Counted from the first letter of the stretch, positions 46,116 through 56,550 are shown. The stretch: 64,000 nucleotides of DNA from Candidatus Spongiisociaceae bacterium (GCA_965262915.1 OZ253564.1:2144001-2208000); one strand, 5' to 3'. The notes: generated by a model from the letters alone, not told the origin. Numbers and translations: made by a program.

Positions 46116-48032
46116 GTGCGGCGATGGGAGGACCCGATTTTCCACGGTTCGGGAGGAGGTTGGTGGTCCTACCTGAACTATGACCAGAGCCAACCGGGAC
46201 CGGAGCTGGACCGGGCACTGCTGAAGCGGGTCTTCGCCTACGGCCGTCCGTATCGGTGGCTGCTGGTAGGTGTGCTGGCCACCATCCTGGTGGTCTCGGT
46301 GCTGTCGGTGATCCCTCCGCTGCTGGTCCGGGAGCTGATCGACCGCGCCATCCCCGAGGCCGATGTCGGGCGTTTGACGCTGCTCGGCGTGGGGATGGTG
46401 GCCGTGCCCCTGGTGAACGTGTCGGTGGGCGCGCTGCAGCGATGGATGTCCGCCAAGGCCGGGGAGGGCATCATCTTCGACCTGCGCCGCAGCCTCTACA
46501 CCCATCTTCAGGCCATGTCACTGCGCTTCTTCACCGAGACCAAGACCGGTGAGCTGATCTCGCGCCTGAACAGCGACGTTGTCGGTGCACAGACAGCGAT
46601 AACCGGCACTTTCGTCACCATCATCTCCAACCTCATCTCGGTGGTGGTGATCCTGATCGTGATGGTCCGGGCCGAGTGGCGGCTAACCCTGCTGGCGGTG
46701 GCCGCACTGCCCCTGTTCGTCTTCCCGGCCCGCAGGGTGGCACAGGTTCTGAGAGGGATCACCCAGCGTCAGATGCAGCACAACGCGGCGATGGCCGCCA
46801 TCCTCAGCGAGACGTTCAACGTGAGTGGCGCCTTGCTGGTGAAGCTGTTCGGCCGCCGCCGGGAGGAGGTGGCGAGGTTCTCGGAGGAGGCCGGGATGGT
46901 GCGGGACCTGGGTGTTCGTCAGGCCCTGATCGGCCGCTGGTTCTTTGCGGCTCTCGGTCTGGTGGGCGCCATGGGCACGGCGGCTGTGTTCTGGGTGGGT
47001 GGCTACCTGGTGATCCAGGGAGACCTGAGCCTCGGTACGGTGGTGATGTTCTCGTCCCTGCTGGTCCAGCTCTACGGTCCTCTGTCCGCCATGTCCAACG
47101 CCCGAGTGGAGTTCGCCACCTCCCTCGTCTCGTTCGAGCGGGTGTTCGAGATCCTGGATCTACCCCACGAGATCGTGGAGAGCCCCGACCCGGTGGACAT
47201 CCGGCCGGTCCGTGGGGCGGTCGAGTTCGACCGGGTGTTCTTCCGCTACCACACACCCGGAACCTCGGGCCTGGCTGCCGTGAGTCGCCCATGGAAGCCC
47301 CAGGATGGCGATGCTCCGGTCGCGCAGGCGAGTCGACCCTGGGCAATCGAGGAAGTGACATTCCGGATCGAACCAGGCGAGTTCGCCGCGGTTGTCGGTC
47401 CTTCCGGGGCCGGCAAGACCACGGTGACCTACCTGGTTCCCAGGCTCTACGACGTCGACCGTGGCCAGGTGAGAATCGACGGCAAGGATGTGCGTGATGC
47501 CACGGTCGGGTCCCTCGAGGACGCGATCGGGGTGGTCACCCAGGAGACGTTCCTGTTCCACGACACGATCGCGGCCAACCTCCGGTACGCCAAGCCGCAC
47601 GCGAGCCAGGAGGAACTCGAGGAGGCGGCCCGGGCGGCGAACATCCACGACTTCGTAGCGTCCTTGTCGGACGGGTACGAGACGGTGGTGGGAGAGCGGG
47701 GCTACCGCCTGTCGGGCGGCGAGAAGCAGCGGGTCGCGCTGGCCCGCGTGATCCTCAAGGACCCCCAGATCCTCATTCTCGACGAGGCCACCGCCCATCT
47801 CGACTCCGAGTCCGAAGCCCTGATCCATGAAGCACTGGAGCGGGTCATGGTGGGCCGCACGTCGCTGGTGATCGCCCACCGCCTCTCCACCATCCAGGCC
47901 GCCGACCGGATCCTCGTGCTGGACGAAGGCCGGTTGGTGGAGGAGGGAACGCACGCGGAGTTGCTGGACTCGGGCGGTCTCTACGCCCGGTTGTACAGAA
48001 CCCAGTTCCGCCACCAGAAGACCCCGGCCTGA
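46116..48032 (+). CDS. ABC exporter, fused permease/ATP-binding (MsbA-like)
   Basis: ABC membrane domain; GPSGAGKT, LSGGEKQR, ILDEATAHLD, IAHRLST. Confidence 0.95.
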   Translation: MRRWEDPIFHGSGGGWWSYLNYDQSQPGPELDRALLKRVFAYGRPYRWLLVGVLATILVVSVLSVIPPLLVRELIDRAIPEADVGRLTLLGVGMVAVPLVNVSVGALQRWMSAKAGEGIIFDLRRSLYTHLQAMSLRFFTETKTGELISRLNSDVVGAQTAITGTFVTIISNLISVVVILIVMVRAEWRLTLLAVAALPLFVFPARRVAQVLRGITQRQMQHNAAMAAILSETFNVSGALLVKLFGRRREEVARFSEEAGMVRDLGVRQALIGRWFFAALGLVGAMGTAAVFWVGGYLVIQGDLSLGTVVMFSSLLVQLYGPLSAMSNARVEFATSLVSFERVFEILDLPHEIVESPDPVDIRPVRGAVEFDRVFFRYHTPGTSGLAAVSRPWKPQDGDAPVAQASRPWAIEEVTFRIEPGEFAAVVGPSGAGKTTVTYLVPRLYDVDRGQVRIDGKDVRDATVGSLEDAIGVVTQETFLFHDTIAANLRYAKPHASQEELEEAARAANIHDFVASLSDGYETVVGERGYRLSGGEKQRVALARVILKDPQILILDEATAHLDSESEALIHEALERVMVGRTSLVIAHRLSTIQAADRILVLDEGRLVEEGTHAELLDSGGLYARLYRTQFRHQKTPA

Positions 48033-48042
48033 GTCGGCCTGT

Positions 48043-48399
48043 TCAGGCGCCCACCGTTCTCGATACCAAAGGCGATCGGTGGGCGAGTAGCAGGAGAGTC
48101 CCGTCGTGGCACATCCACAGATGTTCGTTCACCTTGAACCACCGGTGCGGTGGCGTCACCCGGAGTGCGGCGCTGTCGGCAGGCCAACGCGAACGGTAGG
48201 CGAGCACCTCGTCGGCGGGTGCGCGGATCGTGTCCACCCGGCCCACCAACTGGTAGTCGCCGAACACCGTCGACATGGCATCCCACGCGTCCCGGCTACC
48301 CGTGCCATCGCCGAACCGGACCCTACGGCACTCCTGGCACGCTCCTACCCATATGCCACGATGGACCGAGTGGGCCATGGTGTGATTCGCGCACCGCAT
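48043..48399 (-). CDS. Hypothetical protein with possible Cys/His metal site, probably leaderless
   Basis: MRCANH...CQEC; ATG exactly 7 nt after a PafBC-like -10 element. Confidence 0.55.
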   Translation of the reverse strand: MRCANHTMAHSVHRGIWVGACQECRRVRFGDGTGSRDAWDAMSTVFGDYQLVGRVDTIRAPADEVLAYRSRWPADSAALRVTPPHRWFKVNEHLWMCHDGTLLLLAHRSPLVSRTVGA

Positions 48400-48406
48400 C
48401 GAGACA

Positions 48407-48428
48407 ATGGTGCCATGGCGGTGTGACA
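48407..48428 (-). promoter_or_regulatory. Putative PafBC/RecA-NDp-like promoter
   Basis: TGTCAC-ACCGCCATGG-CACCAT-N7-ATG. Confidence 0.55.
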
Positions 48429-48514
48429 CTTATGGTGATTTCGCTGTGACAGGGCGAGGGCGGGCGGACCGTGCGATCGGTTGAGGGTGCGAGACTTCCG
48501 GCGTCTGGATCGAT

Positions 48515-51286
48515 GTGTCGGATGGCTCTCGCCGACGAGCGGCGCCGGCCGGACTACCGTCAGGCAGACCGATGATGGTCACGGGTGCCAGCGGTTGTGG
48601 ACGGGCGTTAGGAGCGGCTCGAGTGGCCGTGCTGGTGGTACTGGTCCTGGCGGTGGCGGTGGCGGGCCGGGCGGCCGACGGGGAGGGTTTCTCGGATCTG
48701 GGCGAAGGTGGGGTGCACCGCCCGGCGATAGACGCGCTCGATGCGGCCGGGGTGTTCGAGGGCACCGAGTGTGCAGCGGGTCGGTTCTGTCCTGAGGATC
48801 CGATCCCGCGCTGGGTGGTAGCGGTGTGGTTGGTGCGGGTGCTGGACGACGGTGCGCTACCGCCCGGGGTGGGCGTTTCGTCGTTTGCCGATGTCGACGA
48901 AGGTCTGTGGTGGGCACCGTTCGTGGAGCGTCTGGCGGCTCTCGAGGTCACTGCCGGCTGTGGGGTGGATCCGTCGCGGTTCTGTCCGGACGATCCGGTC
49001 ACCAGGGCGCAGATAGCCACGTTCCTCACCCGCGCCTTCGGTCTCGAGCCCGGTCCTCCCGCCGGTTTCGAGGATGTGGCGGGTGGTGTTCATTCCGGGA
49101 GTATCGATGCTCTGGCGGCTGCGGGGATCACTGCCGGCTGTGGGGTGAATCCGTTGCGGTACTGCCCGGATGAGCCGGTGAGCAGGGGTCAGATGGCGAC
49201 CTTCATAGCCCGGGCCGAAGGGCTGGTTCCCCTGCCCGGTACCGTCCAGTCCTACCGGATCGGCTTCACTCGTCAGCATCTTCCGGTCGACCGGGTCTAT
49301 GTAATGAGCTCCAACGGCGCCTACCAGCGGCAGCTCGTTCCCGAGGGCAGTGGCTGGGGAGCGGTGTGGTCGCCGGACAGCACGCGTATCGCGTTTACCA
49401 GTGAGCATGGTTCGGAAACCGCGTCGCGTATCTTTGTGGTCGACCCCTACTACGGCAACGAGGCGCAGGACCTCGGCATCGGTTACTCCCCGGTGTGGTC
49501 GCCGGACGGTACCCGTTTCGCCTTCTCCAGCTTCGGGGAAAGCGCTACCGACGTTCTGGTTATGGATGTCGACGGTACAGGTCGCCGGAAGCTGGCGGTG
49601 GGACAGGACCCGGCATGGTCGCCGGACGGTCTGAGCATTGCCTTCACGCGTACGGTCGAGGGTGTCGACGGCGTCTTCGTGATCGGAGTCGACGGTACCG
49701 GTGAGCGTTACCTGGGCGAGGGGAGCGGGCCCGTGTGGTCGCCGGACGGCATGGAGGTAGCGTTCACCCGCGCCGTCGACGGTGGTGACGATCTGTTCGT
49801 CATGAACTCCGACGGCTCGGACCAGCGGCAACTCACTCACGCCGACGGCAACGACCGGAACCCGGCTTGGTCGCCCGATGGCGAACGTATCGCCTTCGAC
49901 AGCGAACGTGACTCCGACCTGTCCGAGGAGACCCCGGATAGCGACATCTATGTCATGAACGCCGACGGTTCCGACCGGCGGAGGCTGACGGACGGCGGTG
50001 TCAGGAACTACAGGCCGGTCTGGTCGCCAGACGGGGTCCGCATCGCCTACACCAGCCACGAGTGGCGGTACTTCTACATATATTCGATCAACGCCGACGG
50101 TTCTGACCGGCAACGGCTCACCTACACGAGCGATGATCGGGACCCGGTGTGGTCGCCCGACGGATGGAGCATCGCGTTTACGAGCGACCGGGAGGGGAAC
50201 TATCTGAGTCTGGTGACCGAGATCGACGGTACCGATCAGAGTCGAGTGGTCGATACAGGTCCCGGAGCACCGGTCTGGTCCCCCGGCGGGGCCCACATTG
50301 CCTTCTCTTGCTGTCCCGGCTATCTCGGGTACATCTCCGTCGTTGACACCGGAGAAGCCGGCTTTCCCCGACGACTCGCCGAGACGGCCGGTACCGACTG
50401 GGACAAGGACCCGGTCTGGTCCCCCGACGGTACCCGCATGGCCTTCACCCGCTCCGTCAGCGCCGAGAACGAATTGGGATTCGTTGACGAGATCTTCCTC
50501 ATCGACGCCGACGGAACCAACCTGACGCAAGTCACCCACACCGACGGCGGGGCCTACGGAGCAAGCTTCCCTGTCTGGTCTCCGGACGGTACCCGTATTG
50601 CCTTCACCCGGTCCCGGGATCTCAACCCTGCTCCGAATATCTCGAACATCGACGTCGAGTTGCTCGTCGTGAACTCCGACGGAACCGATCAGAGCCTGGT
50701 GGCCCAGACCTACGGTGACGATCACAACCCGGTGTGGTCGCCCGACGGTACCCGCATCGCCTTCCACCACAGCACGCAGTCCACCACCAAGATCCTCGTT
50801 GTGAATGCCGACGGCTCCGACCAGCGGATACTTGCGCGCACCCGCGGCGAGGAATGGGGTCCGAGGTGGTCTCCGGACGGTACCCGTATCGCTTTCACGG
50901 GAATCACCAGGCGCGGAGGAGTCCCCAGCGTCTTCGTCGTGAACGCCGACGGCACTGACCAGAGGAACCTGACGTTCGGGGCGGGTCCGAGGTGGTCTCC
51001 GGATGGAACCAGCATCGCTTTCGTGGACTATGGGGACACCGGCTTCACATTCGAGATCGTCCGCGCTAACCCAGACGGAACCAACCAAAGGCTTCTTACG
51101 AGAACCGGGCCCGAAACGGCCCCCTCGGGTTTGGTGTGGTCGCCTGACGGGAGCCGCATCGCCTTCAGCAGCAGCCATGACGGTGACGACGAGATCTACG
51201 TGGCGAACGCGGACGGGACCGGCCAGACGCAACTCACCGACAACACCTTCTTCGCGGACTCGGATCCGGTCTGGATACCCGGCTGA
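48515..51286 (+). CDS. Secreted SLH-domain protein with TolB-like (PD40) beta-propeller repeats; start uncertain
   Basis: Signal peptide; three F.D...G.T.GC...FCP...TR.Q.A SLH-like repeats; 14 WSP(D/G)-type repeats plus terminal PVWIPG. Confidence 0.9.
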   Translation: MSDGSRRRAAPAGLPSGRPMMVTGASGCGRALGAARVAVLVVLVLAVAVAGRAADGEGFSDLGEGGVHRPAIDALDAAGVFEGTECAAGRFCPEDPIPRWVVAVWLVRVLDDGALPPGVGVSSFADVDEGLWWAPFVERLAALEVTAGCGVDPSRFCPDDPVTRAQIATFLTRAFGLEPGPPAGFEDVAGGVHSGSIDALAAAGITAGCGVNPLRYCPDEPVSRGQMATFIARAEGLVPLPGTVQSYRIGFTRQHLPVDRVYVMSSNGAYQRQLVPEGSGWGAVWSPDSTRIAFTSEHGSETASRIFVVDPYYGNEAQDLGIGYSPVWSPDGTRFAFSSFGESATDVLVMDVDGTGRRKLAVGQDPAWSPDGLSIAFTRTVEGVDGVFVIGVDGTGERYLGEGSGPVWSPDGMEVAFTRAVDGGDDLFVMNSDGSDQRQLTHADGNDRNPAWSPDGERIAFDSERDSDLSEETPDSDIYVMNADGSDRRRLTDGGVRNYRPVWSPDGVRIAYTSHEWRYFYIYSINADGSDRQRLTYTSDDRDPVWSPDGWSIAFTSDREGNYLSLVTEIDGTDQSRVVDTGPGAPVWSPGGAHIAFSCCPGYLGYISVVDTGEAGFPRRLAETAGTDWDKDPVWSPDGTRMAFTRSVSAENELGFVDEIFLIDADGTNLTQVTHTDGGAYGASFPVWSPDGTRIAFTRSRDLNPAPNISNIDVELLVVNSDGTDQSLVAQTYGDDHNPVWSPDGTRIAFHHSTQSTTKILVVNADGSDQRILARTRGEEWGPRWSPDGTRIAFTGITRRGGVPSVFVVNADGTDQRNLTFGAGPRWSPDGTSIAFVDYGDTGFTFEIVRANPDGTNQRLLTRTGPETAPSGLVWSPDGSRIAFSSSHDGDDEIYVANADGTGQTQLTDNTFFADSDPVWIPG

Positions 51287-51465
51287 GCCGAGGGGGAGAC
51301 AGCCGCGATCGGTTGGTGTGATCGACAGTGAGGGCGGTCTTCCGATCGAGTAGGTTCACGATTACCGGTCACGGTTGTTGCCCACAGTATCGACGTTATA
51401 TATGACAGCAATCCGCTATTATTAGGACATATATCCGACATAAGAGTCCATGCGGAGGAGTTGGC

Positions 51466-51798
51466 ATGTCGAGCATGGTCGGCGTGATAGATGGGATGCT
51501 TGTCGGGAAGGTTGTGGATCCGCCCGATGTAGCCAAGGTGACCAGAGCTACAGCGCGTAGCGTTTCGAGATGGATGGAGGGAGTTGAGCCTCGACGGGCG
51601 GCCGAGGAACGGTTGCTGGAACTCCGCTCCGTCGTCGATCTGCTCCGGCAGGTGATGCGCGACGAACCGGCGCGAATCTGGCTGAGGAGTCCCGAACCTG
51701 AACTTGCTTATGAGAAACCCCTCGACCTGATCGAACGAGGCGAGTACCGGAGGGTGATCGGCGTGCTGTTGGCGTTGGCCGAAGGCGTCACGGCGTGA
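51466..51798 (+). CDS. Xre/MbcA/ParS-type antitoxin (DUF2384)
   Basis: N-terminal HTH; WL..P.P.L..EKPLDL...GEY.RV; GGAGGAG RBS. Confidence 0.88.
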   Translation: MSSMVGVIDGMLVGKVVDPPDVAKVTRATARSVSRWMEGVEPRRAAEERLLELRSVVDLLRQVMRDEPARIWLRSPEPELAYEKPLDLIERGEYRRVIGVLLALAEGVTA

Positions 51799-51799
51799 C

Positions 51800-52327
51800 G
51801 TGAGCGAGCGCGTCGAGCGTGCGTCCACCGCACCCCGACATCGATATGAGGGGGAGGCCTTTCGTTACATGTCCGTACGCCGGAACCTTCCCATGAGCGG
51901 GGAGGGGGCGCGAATCCACGGTGGCCGGTTCAATCCGCCGAACAGCTTTGCGGTTGTCTATCTGTGCACGACTCGATCGTGCGCGGTGGCCGAGTTCCGG
52001 CGCGCGGGCCAACTCCGGACGATCGGAATCACAGGTCTGCTTCCTCGTGCGCTGTACCGATACGGGGTGTCGCTCGAAAGTGTCCTCGACCTGAGCGAAG
52101 GGCGGAGTCGAGATCACTTGGAGGTGACCCTGGAACAGGTTCTCGGAACCGACCTCGATCTTCCCCGCCGCATTGGTGAGGCGGCTTATGGGAGCGGTTT
52201 CGAGGCCATTGCGGCACCCTCGGCAACAGGTGTGGATCATGTTGTCGCCGTCTTCCCGGACCGGGTAGGAGTCGGCGACCTGGTTCCCCGGCTCGAGGAG
52301 ATCTGGGCCCTCCTGAGCGATCTGTAG
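51800..52327 (+). CDS. RES domain toxin (NAD-consuming, MbcT/ParT-like)
   Basis: FR, SG.GA...GGRFNP, VYL.....A.AE, APSA. Confidence 0.9.
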   Translation: MSERVERASTAPRHRYEGEAFRYMSVRRNLPMSGEGARIHGGRFNPPNSFAVVYLCTTRSCAVAEFRRAGQLRTIGITGLLPRALYRYGVSLESVLDLSEGRSRDHLEVTLEQVLGTDLDLPRRIGEAAYGSGFEAIAAPSATGVDHVVAVFPDRVGVGDLVPRLEEIWALLSDL

Positions 52328-52513
52328 GTTCACGTAGCTCGGAAAGCGCCGCTCGTCGGGCCGAGCCCGAGCATTCGGCCGGCTCCTCCGATGCGGATGG
52401 GAGGATGCCAGTGGACATGAGTCGAGATCGTGCCACCGACCCTCTGGTCCCTGCACCGCATCCGGCTAGCCCTCGAGATCACACCCGAAGACACCTCGTC
52501 CCGCGGTCGGCGG

Positions 52514-53419
52514 TTAGCCGGAATCGGACAGGAGGGTCATCCGGACATCGACCTCCAGCCGCGAATCGCTGCCTCCCTCGATTACCCCTTTCGTCGGCGG
52601 AACGTCGTCATAGTCGCGACCCACGGCTATCCGCACGTATCGTTGGTCGGCGAGCCTACGGTTGGTGGGGTCGATACCGATCCAGCCCGCGCCGGGTAGC
52701 CGGATCTCGGCCCAAGCGTGCGTCGCTGCTCCAGAGGCGGATCCCGCTTCTCCTACTCCGTTCTCGGTCACGTAGAGGTATCCAGAGACGTATCTGGTGG
52801 GGATGCCCCACGAGCGGGCGACGGCCACCAATACATGGGTGTAGTCCTGGCACACCCCTTTCCTCGAGACGAGGATGTCGTCGATGGGCGAGTCGACCGA
52901 TGTTGCGCCCGGTGTGTACGAGAAGGCGTCGTTGAGGGCCGCGGACAGTGCCAGCACCTCGACCAGAGGATCGGTGTCCGGTTCCATGCCTAGCTGCGTG
53001 ACGAACTCGGCAAGCGCGGGCGAGGGGCGCGCCCCGGGGCTGGGTCCGGTGAAATCCCACCATCGCGGATCGTTCCCCATCGAGCGGACCTCATCCCAAG
53101 CACCGGCCTCCAGACGGTCGGGTAAGGGGGGCGGCGGGTCTACCTCGACGTCAGAAGTCGAAACTACCTCCAACCTATCGTGCTCCCGGTGGAGGGTCAG
53201 CACATGCCTGGTGTTGCCGAAGGGGTCCGTCTCGGTGGTGAAACTCGCCGGAGGTGTTGTCTCGACAGAGAAGTCGAGCAGCCTCTGTCCGGGGGATTCG
53301 AGTGGTCGGAGGCATAGCGACATCGTGCATCGACGAACCGGGGCAGTGTATGCGAACCGCGAGACGTGTTCGATGTGGTAGCGCGTCGCTTCTCCCGTGC
53401 CGTTGCCGGGACGGGTCAT
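52514..53419 (-). CDS. Transglutaminase family protein
   Basis: Y.I.H.S.F.Y, D.FGN, GVCQDY.H, P.RYVSGY, HAWAE, DPTN, GRDY.DV.P. Confidence 0.93.
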   Translation of the reverse strand: MTRPGNGTGEATRYHIEHVSRFAYTAPVRRCTMSLCLRPLESPGQRLLDFSVETTPPASFTTETDPFGNTRHVLTLHREHDRLEVVSTSDVEVDPPPPLPDRLEAGAWDEVRSMGNDPRWWDFTGPSPGARPSPALAEFVTQLGMEPDTDPLVEVLALSAALNDAFSYTPGATSVDSPIDDILVSRKGVCQDYTHVLVAVARSWGIPTRYVSGYLYVTENGVGEAGSASGAATHAWAEIRLPGAGWIGIDPTNRRLADQRYVRIAVGRDYDDVPPTKGVIEGGSDSRLEVDVRMTLLSDSG

Positions 53420-54413
53420 TGGTAGGCGCCGCCGGCCCTCCCCGCGATGGGAGCCACGACGGGGTAGTCGAAATACGTCGTGGTCACGAGGTCGTGGAGC
53501 CGGCGGCAGGCGCTGCGGATCTCCCGGAGCAGAGCATCCCGGTCGGTCGCGGCAGGCCACTTGTTGTCGACGAGATGGCGGATGTGCTCGGATTGGCGCC
53601 GGGTCCGGTCGGTGGACGCGGCGTCGGGTCCTGGTCCGACCGCGACCAACTCGCTGCACAACTCCGAGACCGACAGACTGAGGGAGTCGGGGAGTCGGGG
53701 AGTTGGGGGTTGGTCACCAGCAGGTCCAGGACCCGGTCGGGTTCGATGGCGGCGCTGGAGGCGCGGTTGTAGGCCTCGAACGCGTAGTAGTGGCGTAGCA
53801 GGCTCGTCCAGTAGGCGTCAGCCGGGACCTCGAACAGCCGGACCGCGGCTATCTGGGCGATCAGCAGGGAAGACGAGAGCTGGGCGCGCTCAACGTAGTT
53901 GCCCAACTGCACGAAGTGCCACGCGTCGTCTCGGTACAGGGTGGATGAGGTCACACCCCGGAACGTATCGATCTCGGCAGCCGTCTCGGCGTAGAAGTTC
54001 TCGGGAGATCTGAGCCAGATGTCCTGTATCGCCATGCCCTGGAGCCGTAGGTGGGACCGGTTGAGGCAGGTCCACATCTCGGCCGAGATGTGGTGGCGCA
54101 TCTGGCGTGCGTTCTCCCGACCCTGGGCGAAGCAGGTACGGATCGAATCCGGGTTGGTGGGCTCGAATGTGAGGTCGTCGGTGAGCGTGAAGGAGTCGGC
54201 CAGGGTGTACAGGTCGTCGGTGTCGAGTTCCAGTGCACCGGCCTGCGGTTGCCGCTCGAAGGCGCCGTATATCCGGTGCCAGCCGAAGTAGATGTCCCGG
54301 GGCGGGCTTTCCACGAGGGACTCGGTCTGCTGCTTGAGGAGCCGGGATAGGTGGCGGGCCCTCTCCAAGTAGCGGCCCATCCAATACAGCCCGGCGGCGC
54401 TTCTGGACAGCAT
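53416..54413 (-). pseudogene. Alpha-E domain protein frameshifted by an 8-bp duplication at 53682-53697
   Basis: MLSR.A..LYWMGRYLERA, RENAR..R..IS.EMW, LG..VERA; deleting one GGGAGTCG restores PQLPDSL.LSV..L...TTYF. Confidence 0.85.
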
Positions 54414-54419
54414 CGCGGA

Positions 54420-55853
54420 TCAGTCCTCCAGCACCCAGAAGTCCTTGCCGCCTCCGCCCTGGCTGGAATTGACAACCAGGCTGCCGCGGCGAAGGGCGAT
54501 ACGGCAGAACGCTCCGGGCACCATTCGGGTCTCGCGCCCGGACAGGATGAAGGGACGCAGGTCTACGTGGCGAGGCTCCAGGCGACCTTCGATGAGGCAG
54601 GGCGCACGCGACAGGGCGAGCGTGGGTTGGGAGATGTAGTCGGCGGGATCCGCCCTCAGCCGCATCGCGAAGTCGTTGCGCTCGGCAGGCGTCGAGTGGG
54701 GGCCGATCAGCATCCCGTACCCGCCCGACTCGCCCACCCGCTTCACCACCAGACCTTCCAGGTTGTCGAGGGTGTACTCGAGGTCCTCGGGGCGCCTGCA
54801 GAGGTAGGTCTCGACGTTCTCGAGCAGCGGTTCGGCACCCAGGTAGTAGCGGATCATGTCTGGAACGAAGGCGTAGAGGCTCTTGTCGTCCGCTACGCCG
54901 GTTCCGGGGGCGTTGACCAGCGACACGTTTCCCAGGCGGGCGGCATGCAGCAGACCGGGCACACCGAGCAGGGAATCGGGACGGAAGACCAACGGATCCA
55001 GGTAGTCGTCGTCGACCCGCCGGTAGATCACATCCACCCGTTTCAGCCCCGAGGTGGTACGCATGTACACGTAGCCGTCTTCGACCAGGAGATCGCGGCC
55101 CTCCACCAGGTCGGCGCCGATCTGGCGGGCCAGGAACATGTGCTCGTAGAAAGCAGAGTTGTAGATACCCGGGGTAAGCAGTGCCATCGTCGGATCCGAG
55201 GGGCCCTCGGGCGCGAGTTCGCGCAGGGTCTGGGCGAGGACGAGCCCGTAGTTCTCGATGTCTCGCACCCGGGAACGGCGATAGAGGAGCCGATGGGCGG
55301 ACTTGGTTGCCTTCCGGATGGCAAGCATGTACGACACTCCGGAGGGCACGCGCAGGTTGTCCTCGAGGACGCGGAACCCGTCGGTGGTGCGAACCAGGTC
55401 GGTCCCGCAGACCGCCGCCCACACGCCGTGGGGAGCCTTGAAGCCCCGCATCTCAAGGCGGTATTGCGGGCAGTCCCGGACCATGTCCGCGGGTATCACC
55501 CGATCGGCGATGATCCGGGCTTCGCTGTAGATATCCTCGAGGAACCGGTTGAGGGCGGATAGACGTTGTTCCAGACCGGCTGTGAGGTCACTCTATTCCG
55601 TTGCGGACATCACGCGAGGTATGCAGTCGATGGGGATGATTCGCTCGGTTTCCTCGTCGTCGCCGTAGACGGTGAACGTGATTCCTTCGTTGGTGAAGGA
55701 GCGGGTGACCCACTCCCCGATGGCGCCCAGGTCGGGAGGCGACAAGCGCCCTAGTGTGTCGTAGAGCTCCTGAGAGTGGCGATGCGGCGAGCCATCGACC
55801 CCGAACATCTCGTCGTATATGGCCGCGTCAAGGTCGTAGCTGTCGAAGTTCAA
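54420..55853 (-). pseudogene. Circularly permuted type 2 ATP-grasp protein with in-frame TAG at 55593-55595
   Basis: YDEMF, GITF.VY, ERIIP.D.IPR, E*..L..GL.QR, VLEDNLR.PSGVSY, YRRVDD, SGGYGM, VVNSSQGGG.KD; both ORF pieces are in the same frame. Confidence 0.88.
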
Positions 55854-56010
55854 AAGGTTGACCTCGGTCTTGCGCCGTGATCAGTTCGAGCGGCGATGAT
55901 CGTATCCCTTCCGTTCCCGCCCGGCCATCCCGTGGTGAGGGACGCCCGATTGCGGGGCCCGGCGATGTTAACGATCGACGCGATGAGCCTCGTTGCGGGC
56001 ACGGTGGCCG

Positions 56011-56550
56011 CTAAGCCTCGCCGAGCCGTTCGAGTTCGGCCACGCTGCCCCTGTCCGGGCCGGGACAGGTCGGTTTGGTGGGTTCCGGGATCACCAGAAC
56101 CGGGACCTTGGAGGCGGCCGTTACCGTCATCGAGATGCTGTTCCAGGCTGACCCGGTGAAGAGACGGCGGGTCGCGCCGAGCACGATCAGGTCGGCGTCG
56201 ATCATCTCGGCGGTCTTGAGGATCTCGTCGGCGACGTCGCTCGCCTCCACGAAGACCGTTCGCGGTGCGATGTTGCGGCACTTCAGTGCCGCCACCACGG
56301 GTGCCACCATCTTCGAACCCCTTTCCCGGACGTAGCGCTCGGCGGCGGTGCTGGTGCTCGGTCCGGTCCGTTCCGGGGATGAGGCGTCGAACGGCCGCCA
56401 ATCGTCGGCGGCGAGTTCCTCGAGGAACTCGTGAGGAGTCTGGACCACGTTCATGACTGTCACCGCGCCGCGGGAACCGGCCAGGACTTCGACAATGTCG
56501 GCGACCGGTTCGGGAGGTAACACTCCGGCGGTGGTGACGAGGATACGCAC
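56011..56550 (-). CDS. Universal stress protein (UspA)
   Basis: RILV, A..IL..A....ADLIVLG, S....V......PVLVIP. Confidence 0.85.
   Translation of the reverse strand: MRILVTTAGVLPPEPVADIVEVLAGSRGAVTVMNVVQTPHEFLEELAADDWRPFDASSPERTGPSTSTAAERYVRERGSKMVAPVVAALKCRNIAPRTVFVEASDVADEILKTAEMIDADLIVLGATRRLFTGSAWNSISMTVTAASKVPVLVIPEPTKPTCPGPDRGSVAELERLGEA

Noticed and set aside
49360-51280. Regularly spaced TGGTCGCCGGACGG repeats as a CRISPR array
   Set aside because: They encode WSPDG in frame with synonymous variation and 105-160 bp spacing; no cas genes.
55593-55595. TAG recoding or readthrough in the ATP-grasp gene
   Set aside because: TAG is an ordinary stop elsewhere in the window (e.g. 3431, 6445); a TGG to TAG mutation is simpler, and the next gene is also broken.
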